NCBI GenBank assembly: GCA_902760595.1
Contig: CACWHI010000001.1
Location: 124,963 to 188,962 of the forward strand
DNA: 64,000 bases
Source: an uncultured Eubacteriales bacterium
Lineage (GTDB): Bacteria > Bacillota > Clostridia > Christensenellales > Aristaeellaceae
Direction of reading: 5' to 3'
Below, in pieces: positions 39,730-47,713 of this stretch (positions are counted from its first letter, which is position 1; the number at the start of each line of letters is the position of its first letter). The notes beneath the pieces were generated by a model, which saw only the letters and a program-made list of their open reading frames with translations, was not told where the DNA came from and did not search any database. The position numbers and the translations under genes were made by a program.

Positions 39730-40074
39730 ATGAAGGAACTGGTATGTATCGTCTGCCCCAAGGGCTGCCGCCTGCATGTGGACGAGGAGAACAATTACAG
39801 TGTGACCGGCAATTCCTGCCCGCGCGGCGCTGAGTACGGGCACAACGAGATCAAGAATCCCACCCGTGTGCTGACCTCCACGGTCAGGCTGGAGGGAGGC
39901 CTGTACCGCCGCTGTCCGGTGAAGACCAATAAAGCGGTGCCGAAACGCCTGCTCATGGATATCATGCAGGCGCTGAACTCGGTTTCCCTGAAAGCCCCCG
40001 TGCAGGCGGGACAGGTGGTGCTGCCGCACGTATGCGGCACCGACGCTGACGTCATCGTCACCAAGAATCTTTGA
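39730..40074 (+). CDS. DUF1667-family small Cys-rich protein (third subunit of the glpA-type operon)
   Basis: 114 aa with CIVCPKGC...CPRG motifs. Its position after the two oxidoreductases matches the conserved operon. Confidence 0.65.
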   Translation: MKELVCIVCPKGCRLHVDEENNYSVTGNSCPRGAEYGHNEIKNPTRVLTSTVRLEGGLYRRCPVKTNKAVPKRLLMDIMQALNSVSLKAPVQAGQVVLPHVCGTDADVIVTKNL

Positions 40075-40081
40075 GGGCGCT

Positions 40082-40888
40082 ATGGATTTTCAGAAGAAGC
40101 TCAGGGAGCAGAAGCTCTTTCTGCTGGACATGGACGGAACGCTGTATCTGGACGATGATCTGTACCCGCACTGTCTGGATTTCCTGAAGGCCATCCGTGA
40201 TCAGGGCGGGGACTATCTGTACCTGACGAACAATTCTTCCAAGTCGGCGGACAAATACGTGGAGAAGATGGAACGGATCGGCATCCATGCCCGGCCGGAG
40301 GAATTCTTTACCTCTACAGACGCATCCTGCGTATACCTGAAGGAGCATTATCACGGGAAAAAGCTGTACGCGCTCGGCACGGCGTCCTTCAAGGATCAGC
40401 TGCGCAAGGCGGGATTTCCTGTGACGGACCATCTGGAAGACGGGATCGACGGCCTGATCATGGGCTATGATACGGAGCTGACGTATCAGAAGCTGGATGA
40501 CGCCTGCCGGCTGCTGACCCTGCAGCCGGATCTCATGTACCTGGCGACCAATCCGGACTGGGTCTGCCCGACTGCTTACGGCTATGTGCCGGACTGCGGC
40601 TCTGTGAGTCAGATGATCTTCAACGCGACCAGGCGGAAGCCTTACTTCATCGGAAAGCCTGAGCCCGCGATCGCCCAGCTGGCGATGGCCAAGAAGGGCG
40701 TGGGCCCCGAGGCGACCGTTCTGGTCGGCGACCGGATCTATACGGATATCGCCTGCGGTGTCAACGCGGGCATCACTACAGTTCTCGTTTTCAGCGGGGA
40801 AACAACGCGCGAGGACTGGGAAAAGAGCGAGATCAAGCCCACCTTCACCTGCCAGAGCATCGCGGATATCTGGGAAGCGATACGCTGA
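40082..40888 (+). CDS. HAD-IIA family hydrolase (NagD/YutF-like sugar phosphatase)
   Basis: FLLDMDGTLY motif I, LTNNSS motif II and the VGDRIYTDIACGVNAG motif IV. Confidence 0.75.
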   Translation: MDFQKKLREQKLFLLDMDGTLYLDDDLYPHCLDFLKAIRDQGGDYLYLTNNSSKSADKYVEKMERIGIHARPEEFFTSTDASCVYLKEHYHGKKLYALGTASFKDQLRKAGFPVTDHLEDGIDGLIMGYDTELTYQKLDDACRLLTLQPDLMYLATNPDWVCPTAYGYVPDCGSVSQMIFNATRRKPYFIGKPEPAIAQLAMAKKGVGPEATVLVGDRIYTDIACGVNAGITTVLVFSGETTREDWEKSEIKPTFTCQSIADIWEAIR

Positions 40889-40896
40889 AAACGACA

Positions 40897-40941
40897 GAAA
40901 AAGGCCGCTGCGGAAACACCAATCCGCGGCGGCCTTTTTCT
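40897..40941. terminator. bidirectional rho-independent terminator between convergent HAD and tdk genes
   Basis: AAAAAGGCCGCTGCGG-aaacaccaat-CCGCGGCGGCCTTTTTC. The hairpin is flanked by an A-run and a T-run. Confidence 0.7.
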
Positions 40942-40946
40942 GATGT

Positions 40947-41510
40947 TTAATCGCTGTCCGGTCCGGTCTGGCCGAGCTCCCAATGGAGGCGGCAGAGGCT
41001 TGTATAGCTCTCGTTCCCGCCGAGTACGACCTGCTCGCCGGTCTTGATGACCTTTCCGTTCAACAGTCGCGCGTTGAAGGTCGCTTTGCGTCCGCACCAG
41101 CAGATGGTCTTGACCTCCTCAATGGAGTCCGCCCAGGCCATCAGCCATTTGCTGCCTTCAAAGAAGTTGCCCTTGAAATCCGCGCGCAGACCATAGGCGA
41201 CAACGGGCACGTTGTCGTGATCAACGATATGCACCAGCTGTTCCACCTGCGCCTTGGTCAGAAACTGGGCCTCGTCCACGATGAGACAGGCATAGTCCCG
41301 GACGTTGATCTGATCGAGCTCCTCGATATAGGCGCACGGGGCGGAGAGGCCGCACCTGGACCCGACGATGCGTGCGCCGTCGCGCGTATCGAGACGGGGC
41401 TTCAGGATCAGGGCCTTCTGGCCTCTTTCCTGGTAATTGTACTGGACCATGATCGCGTTGGCGGTTTTGCTGGATCCCATCGCGCCGTAACGGAAGTAGA
41501 GCTTGGCCAT
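40947..41510 (-). CDS. tdk: thymidine kinase
   Basis: YGAMGSSKTANAI P-loop and a C-terminal zinc ribbon (CWCGRKATFNAR...C); 187 aa. Confidence 0.85.
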   Translation of the reverse strand: MAKLYFRYGAMGSSKTANAIMVQYNYQERGQKALILKPRLDTRDGARIVGSRCGLSAPCAYIEELDQINVRDYACLIVDEAQFLTKAQVEQLVHIVDHDNVPVVAYGLRADFKGNFFEGSKWLMAWADSIEEVKTICWCGRKATFNARLLNGKVIKTGEQVVLGGNESYTSLCRLHWELGQTGPDSD

Positions 41511-41530
41511 TGTGCAGTCTCCTCATGGAA

Positions 41531-41563
41531 AGAGGCTGCTCATCGCAGCCTCTTTAATTCGTT
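41531..41563. terminator. hairpin between tdk and the upstream peptidoglycan-binding gene (possible terminator or attenuator)
   Basis: AAAGAGGCTGC-tcatc-GCAGCCTCTTT stem-loop about 25 nt downstream (minus sense) of the 41586 gene end. The U-tract is weak. Confidence 0.35.
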
Positions 41564-41585
41564 GTTTGTTGCGCCGCTGATCCGA

Positions 41586-42977
41586 TCAGTCGAGATTCAG
41601 CTTGTGGTAGAGGGCGGCGAAGGTGTTATAGCCGACCTTGCCATCCTGCTTCAGTCCGGCTTCCTTCTGGAACTGCTTGACAGCGGTTTCGGTCTGCTTG
41701 CCGAACTTGCCATCGATGTCGCCGAGATCGATCATGTGCAGCTGATACAGCAGGTTCTGCAGGTTCGTGACCGCGTAGCCGGAATCGCCGCGCTTCAGGG
41801 TCTTGTACACCGCGCCGGTGGTCGGATCGACGAAGTCGTCGGAGGCCTGGCCGCCCTGGGAGAGATCGACGTCCATCAGCTTGGCCCAGGTCGCGGCGCC
41901 GATGATGCCGTCAGCCTTGAGGCCTTTGTTGGTCTGGAAGAGCTTCACAGCCGCGAGGGTCTTGCTGCCGAACACACCGTCGGCAGAACCGGTCATGGCG
42001 CCAGCGGAGATCAGGTAGTTCTGAGCGCTGCGTACATACTGGCCGTGGCTGCCGTACTTGAGCTTCGGACGGTCATAGGGAGAGGTGGAGGTACCATCCA
42101 GTTCATTGATGGCTTCTTCATAGCTCTCGCCGGCCATGCAGGCTTTGGTGTTGGCGTCCAGCCGCCCGGTCGTGTTGATCTTGTTCTTCTTCTGGAAATC
42201 GTACAGGGCCTTGTAGGTGGCGTCATCGAAGTAGCCGATGTTCGTGATGGCGGACATATAGTTGTCATCCTTCAGCATCTGCTGGAGAATATAGACGTCA
42301 TAGCCGCGCATGCCGGAGCCCAGGGTACGGCGGATCTTCTTGGACTTGCTCCAGTAAGAGCCGGGGGAAGACTCTGCCTTTTTCAGGGCGGTCCAGGTCT
42401 TTTCGCCCACGACGCCGTCCGCGCTCAGACCGACAGCCGCCTGGAAGGCCTTAACGGCTTCCTTGGTGGTATTGTCATAGGTCTGGTCGAACACCTTGTT
42501 GGGGTTCAGGAAGTAAAGCTTCTGGAGCATCTTCTGAACCTCGCCGACGCTGGGACCCTTATCACCGGGACGGATGGTATTGAAGCCGACGGTCGCGATG
42601 ACGGTGTCGGATTCATCCTTGATCTCCACGTCGTCGACCTTGAAATCGCTCTTTTTCATGGAGTCGGACGCGACCAGCTTGGCCCAGGTGTTGCCGCCGA
42701 TTTTGCCGTCGGCCTTCAGGTTGTTGCGCTTCTGGAAAGCGACAACAGCCTTGTACATACCGGAACCGAAACTGCCATCGATGTTGCCGGTATAGTACTC
42801 ATAGTAGGCAAGCCGGGTCTGCATGTACTTGATGTCGTTGTCCGCGCCATCCGGGAAGGTGTCAGTTTTATCCTTCATGCCGCGCTTCAGAACGTGGTCA
42901 TAGGTTTCCGCGCCGGCCACGGCGGAGACGAGAAGGGTCAGAAGCAATACCAGTGCAATCCAGGTAAATTTCTTCAT
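41586..42977 (-). CDS. secreted protein with about six tandem peptidoglycan-binding (PG_binding_1) repeats
   Basis: Signal peptide MKKFTWIALVLLLTLLVSAVAGA. Repeated GxxVxxLQxxL...DGxFGxxTxxAVxxFQxxxGLxxDGxxGxxTW units occur six times; no catalytic domain was recognised. Confidence 0.7.
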   Translation of the reverse strand: MKKFTWIALVLLLTLLVSAVAGAETYDHVLKRGMKDKTDTFPDGADNDIKYMQTRLAYYEYYTGNIDGSFGSGMYKAVVAFQKRNNLKADGKIGGNTWAKLVASDSMKKSDFKVDDVEIKDESDTVIATVGFNTIRPGDKGPSVGEVQKMLQKLYFLNPNKVFDQTYDNTTKEAVKAFQAAVGLSADGVVGEKTWTALKKAESSPGSYWSKSKKIRRTLGSGMRGYDVYILQQMLKDDNYMSAITNIGYFDDATYKALYDFQKKNKINTTGRLDANTKACMAGESYEEAINELDGTSTSPYDRPKLKYGSHGQYVRSAQNYLISAGAMTGSADGVFGSKTLAAVKLFQTNKGLKADGIIGAATWAKLMDVDLSQGGQASDDFVDPTTGAVYKTLKRGDSGYAVTNLQNLLYQLHMIDLGDIDGKFGKQTETAVKQFQKEAGLKQDGKVGYNTFAALYHKLNLD

Positions 42978-43139
42978 AGCGTAATTACCTCCATTCAGGA
43001 TTGTGAGGCAAGTATAGCATCAATTGTTTGCTAATGTGTTACGAGTTCATGTTTGAAACGTTAATTTCAAGCGAAAAATGTAAAACGAAAAAACGAAGAA
43101 GGATATAAAAACTGCTCTGTGTCAGTCATAATTCCGCAA

Positions 43140-44537
43140 TCATGACAACGGTCGGATGCCCAGCACGGCCATGGCCTGAGCCACCGTATCCACCGGCAGA
43201 AGCTCCACGCCGTCCGGGCGATGAAGCTTCTTTATGCTGTCGCGGGGACAGACGAGCTTTGTAAAACCGAGGCGCTGCGATTCCGCGATCCGCCGGTCAA
43301 GATGGGAGATCGCGCGGATCTCACCCGCGAGCCCCACCTCGCCCATCACGCTCACGTTCTGGGGCAGCACGATATCGCGGGCGGAGGAAGCGACCGCCAT
43401 GCACACCGCCAGGTCCGCCGCCGGTTCGCTCAGGCTGAGGCCGCCGGCTACGTTGATATACACATCCTGGTTGTACAGCCTGATCCCGGCGCGCTTCTCC
43501 ATCACGGCCAGCAGAAGCATGATCCTTGAGGAATCCATGCCGTTCACTGTCCGGCGCGGGGATGTATAATAAGAAGGAGTCACCAGCGCCTGCAGGTCGA
43601 CCAGCATGGGGCGGGAACCTTCCACGGTACAAAGCACACAGGAGCCGGATACGTTCTTGGCGCGCTGGCTCAGCAGGGTCTCCGAGGCGTTCTCCACCGG
43701 CATCATGCCGTCGGCGGTCATCTCGAACACCCCCAGCTCGTTCACGGAGCCAAAGCGGTTCTTGTTGGCGCGCAGCAGCCGGTATTCATGCTGGTTGTCG
43801 CCCTCGAAGGACAGGACCACGTCCACCATATGCTCCAGCACCCGGGGCCCAGCGATGGTGCCCTCTTTGGTCACGTGGCCCACCAGCATCACAGCGCAGC
43901 CGCTGGTTTTGGCATATCGCATGAGCAGGGAAGCGCTTTCCCTGATCTGGCTCACCGAGCCGGGCGCGCTGGACATTTCGGGCCGGTACATGGTCTGGAT
44001 GGAGTCTACGACGCAGTAATCGGGCTGCACCTGCTCCAGGCGTTTCTCAATGGCGTCCATGGCGTTTTCCGCCAGCACGAGCATGTCGGAGGTATCGGCG
44101 CCCAGGCGTTCGGCGCGAAGCTTGACCTGTCGGGCGCTTTCCTCACCGGTGATGTACAATACGCGCTTGTTCATGCGGCTGAGATTGGCGCAGACCTGCA
44201 GCAGCAGGGTGGATTTGCCGATACCTGGCTCGCCGCCGAACAGCAGCAGCCCGCCTTCCACGAGCCCGCCTCCGAGGACGCGGTCCAGTTCGCTTAGGCC
44301 GGTGGTCTGGTAGATCTGCTGGCCGGATTCGATCTGGGAAAAGCGGACCGGCTCGGCGCCGGTGCCGCCGCGCTGCTTCTGGGGCTTGTCGCCCGCGGCG
44401 TTGAGCGCTTTCGGCGCCAGCTCGGGCGCGGCTTCTTCTATGGTGTTCCAGCTGCCGCAGTCGGGGCACTGGCCGTACCACTTGGCGGTCAGGCTGCCGC
44501 AGACTGAGCAGACGTAGCTTGTTTTTGCCTTTGGCAT
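43140..44537 (-). CDS. radA: DNA repair protein RadA (Sms)
   Basis: N-terminal C4 zinc finger CSVCGS...CPDCGSW, the GGEPGIGKSTLLLQ Walker A motif and a Lon-like C-terminal domain. Confidence 0.9.
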   Translation of the reverse strand: MPKAKTSYVCSVCGSLTAKWYGQCPDCGSWNTIEEAAPELAPKALNAAGDKPQKQRGGTGAEPVRFSQIESGQQIYQTTGLSELDRVLGGGLVEGGLLLFGGEPGIGKSTLLLQVCANLSRMNKRVLYITGEESARQVKLRAERLGADTSDMLVLAENAMDAIEKRLEQVQPDYCVVDSIQTMYRPEMSSAPGSVSQIRESASLLMRYAKTSGCAVMLVGHVTKEGTIAGPRVLEHMVDVVLSFEGDNQHEYRLLRANKNRFGSVNELGVFEMTADGMMPVENASETLLSQRAKNVSGSCVLCTVEGSRPMLVDLQALVTPSYYTSPRRTVNGMDSSRIMLLLAVMEKRAGIRLYNQDVYINVAGGLSLSEPAADLAVCMAVASSARDIVLPQNVSVMGEVGLAGEIRAISHLDRRIAESQRLGFTKLVCPRDSIKKLHRPDGVELLPVDTVAQAMAVLGIRPLS

Positions 44538-44553
44538 CAGGATACTCCGTTCA

Positions 44554-45714
44554 TCATGTTTCGGAAAGGATCACGTTGCGAACCTTTCGGACTACCGCGG
44601 TCGTGCCCGCGCCGGTCACGTTCTGCATCAGGAGGATGGTCAGCTTTTCATGGGGGAAATTCGCGAAGTAAGTGCCCAGCCAGCCGTCCCAGCCGTACTC
44701 GTCTTTGCGGATGAGGCCCTTGCCCTGACCGGGTTCCATCCCGACGCGCATCAGCTTTCCGTAGCTGTAGCCGCTCAGGCTGTCCCAGTAGGTGCGGCGC
44801 TGCGCTTCCGTCAGCTGCGGCGCGGTCATATAGTGGACGACGGCGGGCGTCAGGATAGTGTGTCCTTCTGATCTTCCCTCGTTTCTCAGCATCAGCGCGA
44901 ACCGAAGATAGTCATCCAGCGTAGAGACCAGTCCCGCGCCGCCGGAAGCGAACGCGGGCCTCCGGTCATACCGACCGCAGTTCAGGTGGGTGCCGGTCCA
45001 GGGTTCAAGCCCCTTGTCTGTATGCTTATAGCAGGTCACGAGGCGGCTGCGCTTGGATTCGGGCACATAGAAATCCGTGTCGGCCATGCCCAGTGGAACA
45101 AAGAATTCCTCCCGCAGAAACTCCGCGAAGGACCGGCCGGAGGCCACCTCCACCACCGCGCCGAGGACGTCCGCGCAGGTGCTGTACCTGAACTCGCGGC
45201 CGGGCTGGAAAGCCAGGGGGAGGCCACCGAGGGCGTTGGCAAAGGCCACGGTATCCAAACCCGGTTCTCCGCGGTCCATGGCAAGCTGATTCTCGTCGAA
45301 GACGCGGGCCGCGTATCGCCCCGCCTCGTCGTCCCCGGGATAGGAGAGCCCGGCGGTCATGGACAGGAGGTCATACAGGGTCACTTCCCGTTCGGCGGGG
45401 ACGGTTGAGTTCCCGCTCAGGACACGCTGCCCCGCGAAGCCGGGCAGATACCTGCTGACAGGGTCAGCGAGGTCGATCACGCCGCGCTGCATCAGCAGCA
45501 TCACAGCGGCGGCAGTGATGGGCTTGGTCTGGCTGTACAGGCGGAAAATGCTGGCGCGCAGGATGGGACGCTGCTCTTCCTTGTCCGCCCAGCCGGCGGT
45601 AAAGCATACGGGCTCTTTTTCTTCCTGCTGGATCAGAACGGAAATGCCTGCGGCCTCATTGTTCCGTATGGCCGTGTCGAGGATATTCTGAACCGAATCC
45701 TGCCACATGCTCAT
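44554..45714 (-). CDS. serine hydrolase, beta-lactamase/PBP-like (class C type) family
   Basis: SQTKP (SxxK) active-site motif and a 386-aa length. Confidence 0.7.
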   Translation of the reverse strand: MSMWQDSVQNILDTAIRNNEAAGISVLIQQEEKEPVCFTAGWADKEEQRPILRASIFRLYSQTKPITAAAVMLLMQRGVIDLADPVSRYLPGFAGQRVLSGNSTVPAEREVTLYDLLSMTAGLSYPGDDEAGRYAARVFDENQLAMDRGEPGLDTVAFANALGGLPLAFQPGREFRYSTCADVLGAVVEVASGRSFAEFLREEFFVPLGMADTDFYVPESKRSRLVTCYKHTDKGLEPWTGTHLNCGRYDRRPAFASGGAGLVSTLDDYLRFALMLRNEGRSEGHTILTPAVVHYMTAPQLTEAQRRTYWDSLSGYSYGKLMRVGMEPGQGKGLIRKDEYGWDGWLGTYFANFPHEKLTILLMQNVTGAGTTAVVRKVRNVILSET

Positions 45715-45983
45715 TCCCTTTCGGCGCGGGTCGCTTCATCCTCTTCCAGCACCCGGTACATCTGGGCGGCGTTTTCCTTGCGCACGACCTCGCTCACGTC
45801 GGTGATCTCATACTTTCCTATGCGGTTGCCGAAGCGGATCGTCAGCTCGTCGCCGACTTTGACGTCCGTACCGGCTTTAGCCACACGGCCGTTGACGGTC
45901 ACGCGCCCGCCGTCGCAGGCTTCCTTGGCCACGGTCCGGCGCTTGATGATGCGGGAAACCTTCAGATATTTGTCCAGTCTCAT
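45711..45983 (-). CDS. S4-domain RNA-binding protein (YabO/Hsp15-like)
   Basis: MRLDKYLKVSRIIKRRTVAKEACDGGRVTVNG matches the S4-domain signature; 90 aa. Confidence 0.7.
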   Translation of the reverse strand: MRLDKYLKVSRIIKRRTVAKEACDGGRVTVNGRVAKAGTDVKVGDELTIRFGNRIGKYEITDVSEVVRKENAAQMYRVLEEDEATRAERE

Positions 45984-46007
45984 GGTATTCCTTTCAATCG
46001 TTCATAT

Positions 46008-46064
46008 TCATATATACAAAGAAGCGCCGAGCTCATGCGCGGGGCGCTGCGTACTCGGCGCTTC
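46008..46064 (-). terminator. rho-independent terminator of hup
   Basis: Minus-strand GAAGCGCCGAG...CTCGGCGCTTC hairpin followed by TTTGTATATAT, 33 nt after the hup stop. Confidence 0.55.
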
Positions 46065-46096
46065 AAAGTCCAGTCAGTTCGCTGGGCAAAAGGTGA

Positions 46097-46369
46097 TTAC
46101 TTTACACTGTCCTTCAGCGTCTTGCCAGCCTTGAAAGCGGGGACCTTCGTCGCGGGGATCTTGATTTCCGCGCGGGTGCGGGGATTGTGCGCAATGCGGG
46201 CAGCGCGTTCCTTGACTTCATAGGTGCCGAATCCAGCCAGCATCAGCTTATCGCCGGCCTTGAGGGTTTCGATGACGGTCTCGGTATAGGCGTTGACGGC
46301 CTTCGCTGCGGCATCCTTGGTGAGTCCGGCTTTCTTCGCGATGGATTCGATCAGTTCAGACTTATTCAT
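46097..46369 (-). CDS. hup: DNA-binding protein HU
   Basis: MNKSELIESIAKKAGLTKDAAAKAVNAY...GFGTYEVKERAARIAHNPRT is canonical HU; 90 aa. Confidence 0.9.
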   Translation of the reverse strand: MNKSELIESIAKKAGLTKDAAAKAVNAYTETVIETLKAGDKLMLAGFGTYEVKERAARIAHNPRTRAEIKIPATKVPAFKAGKTLKDSVK

Positions 46370-46431
46370 AGAAGTACCTCCATGATGTTATGCGCAGCGT
46401 GCAGGACGATCGCTACTTTCGCTGCAAGGAC

Positions 46432-46459
46432 AGTATACATCGAATTCCTGCAATGTCAA
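46432..46459 (-). promoter_or_regulatory. putative strong promoter of hup
   Basis: Minus strand: TTGACA, a 16-nt spacer, then TATACT, about 60 nt upstream of the hup ATG. Confidence 0.5.
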
Positions 46460-46561
46460 GTCTTTTCGCGTTTTTTCGTCTGCAGATACCAATTTTGACA
46501 CAAATGGGCGGCCGTTGACGCGGACAGACGGGGAATGCTGATTTGGCCGGCAAATGAGCAA

Positions 46562-46590
46562 TTGACTTTCAAGCCTCATGGTGGTAGAAT
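46562..46590 (+). promoter_or_regulatory. putative promoter of pheST
   Basis: TTGACT (46562-46567), a 17-nt spacer, then TAGAAT (46585-46590), about 70 nt upstream of the pheS start. Confidence 0.5.
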
Positions 46591-46662
46591 CGCCTTTGTA
46601 TATTTATGCTTTCCGTTTGGAAGCCGGATATACCGTATGAACGGGCATTCAAGGAGGATACA

Positions 46663-47709
46663 ATGAGCATCAGGGACGAATTGGGCCGTCTTGATGAAGA
46701 GATGGAGAAGGATCTGGGGACGCTTGAGAATCTGAGCGCGCTGGAAGCGCTTCGTGTGCGGATGCTGGGCAAAAAAGGCCAGCTGACCGCGCTTTTGCGG
46801 ATGATGGGCCAGCTGAGCGCCGAAGAACGGCCGCAAATCGGCCAGCTGATCAACGAGCGCCGCGAGCGCTTTACCAGGATGCTGGATGAGCGCCAGAAGG
46901 CCATGCAGCAGAAGGAACGTGAACTGCGGCTGCAGCTGGAACGCCTGGACGTGACCGAGCCGCGGCCTCTGCCTGAGGTCGGCTCCGCGCATCCGAACAC
47001 GCTGGTCCTGAATGAAGTGGTGGACTGCTTCACCGGCATGGGCTTCGAGGTGGTCGAAGGCCCCGAGGTCGAACTGGACCATTTCAACTTTGAACTGTTG
47101 AATATCCCGAAGAACCATCCCGCGCGTGACGCGCAGGATACCTTCTATATTGACGACAACGTCGTGCTGCGCACGCACACTTCTCCCGTACAGGCGAGAA
47201 CGATGACCACGCGCAAGCCCCCGATCCGCATCATCTGCCCGGGCCGCGTGTACCGCGCTGATGAGGTGGACGCCACCCACAGCCCCGTGTTCCACCAGAT
47301 CGAGGGTCTGGTGATCGACGAAGGCGTATCCATGGGAGACCTGAAGGCGACCCTGGCCGCGTTCGCGCGCCGGCTTTACGGCTCGGATATCCAGGTGCGT
47401 TTCCGCCCCTCCTTCTTCCCGTTCACGGAGCCTTCCGCCGAGGCGGACCTGACCTGCGTCAGCTGCCGCGGCAAGGGCTGCCGCATCTGCAAGGGCACCG
47501 GCTGGATCGAGGTGCTCGGCTGCGGCATGGTCAACCCGCACGTGCTGGAAATGTGCGGGATCGATCCCCACAGGTATTCCGGCTTCGCCTTCGGCATCGG
47601 CCTGGAGCGCATTACCATGCTGCGTTACGGCATCAAGGATATGCGCCTGATGTACGAGGGCGACCTGCGCTTCCTGCGGCAATTCCGCGAGGATGTCAAG
47701 GAGGGCTGA
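46663..47709 (+). CDS. pheS: phenylalanine--tRNA ligase alpha subunit
   Basis: Class II aaRS motifs (FRPSFFPFTEPS, GCGMVNP) and PheS-specific sequence. The start was moved to MSIRDE after AAGGAGG. Confidence 0.9.
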   Translation: MSIRDELGRLDEEMEKDLGTLENLSALEALRVRMLGKKGQLTALLRMMGQLSAEERPQIGQLINERRERFTRMLDERQKAMQQKERELRLQLERLDVTEPRPLPEVGSAHPNTLVLNEVVDCFTGMGFEVVEGPEVELDHFNFELLNIPKNHPARDAQDTFYIDDNVVLRTHTSPVQARTMTTRKPPIRIICPGRVYRADEVDATHSPVFHQIEGLVIDEGVSMGDLKATLAAFARRLYGSDIQVRFRPSFFPFTEPSAEADLTCVSCRGKGCRICKGTGWIEVLGCGMVNPHVLEMCGIDPHRYSGFAFGIGLERITMLRYGIKDMRLMYEGDLRFLRQFREDVKEG

Positions 47710-47713
47710 TAAG

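Noticed and set aside
40983-43034. 683-aa plus-strand ORF spanning two genes
   Set aside because: It runs antisense through tdk and the PG-binding gene and across their intergenic terminator; it is not a real gene
42978-43139. AT-rich 160-nt intergenic region considered as possible sRNA or tRNA
   Set aside because: No stable structure or tRNA features were seen. It is most simply the promoter and UTR of the PG-binding gene, with the radA 3' end
46380-46662. Expected T-box riboswitch upstream of pheS
   Set aside because: I searched for the AGGGTGGTACCGCG core and a terminator. Only a weak GGTGGTAGAATCGCC was found, and it overlaps the -10 hexamer, so it was not called
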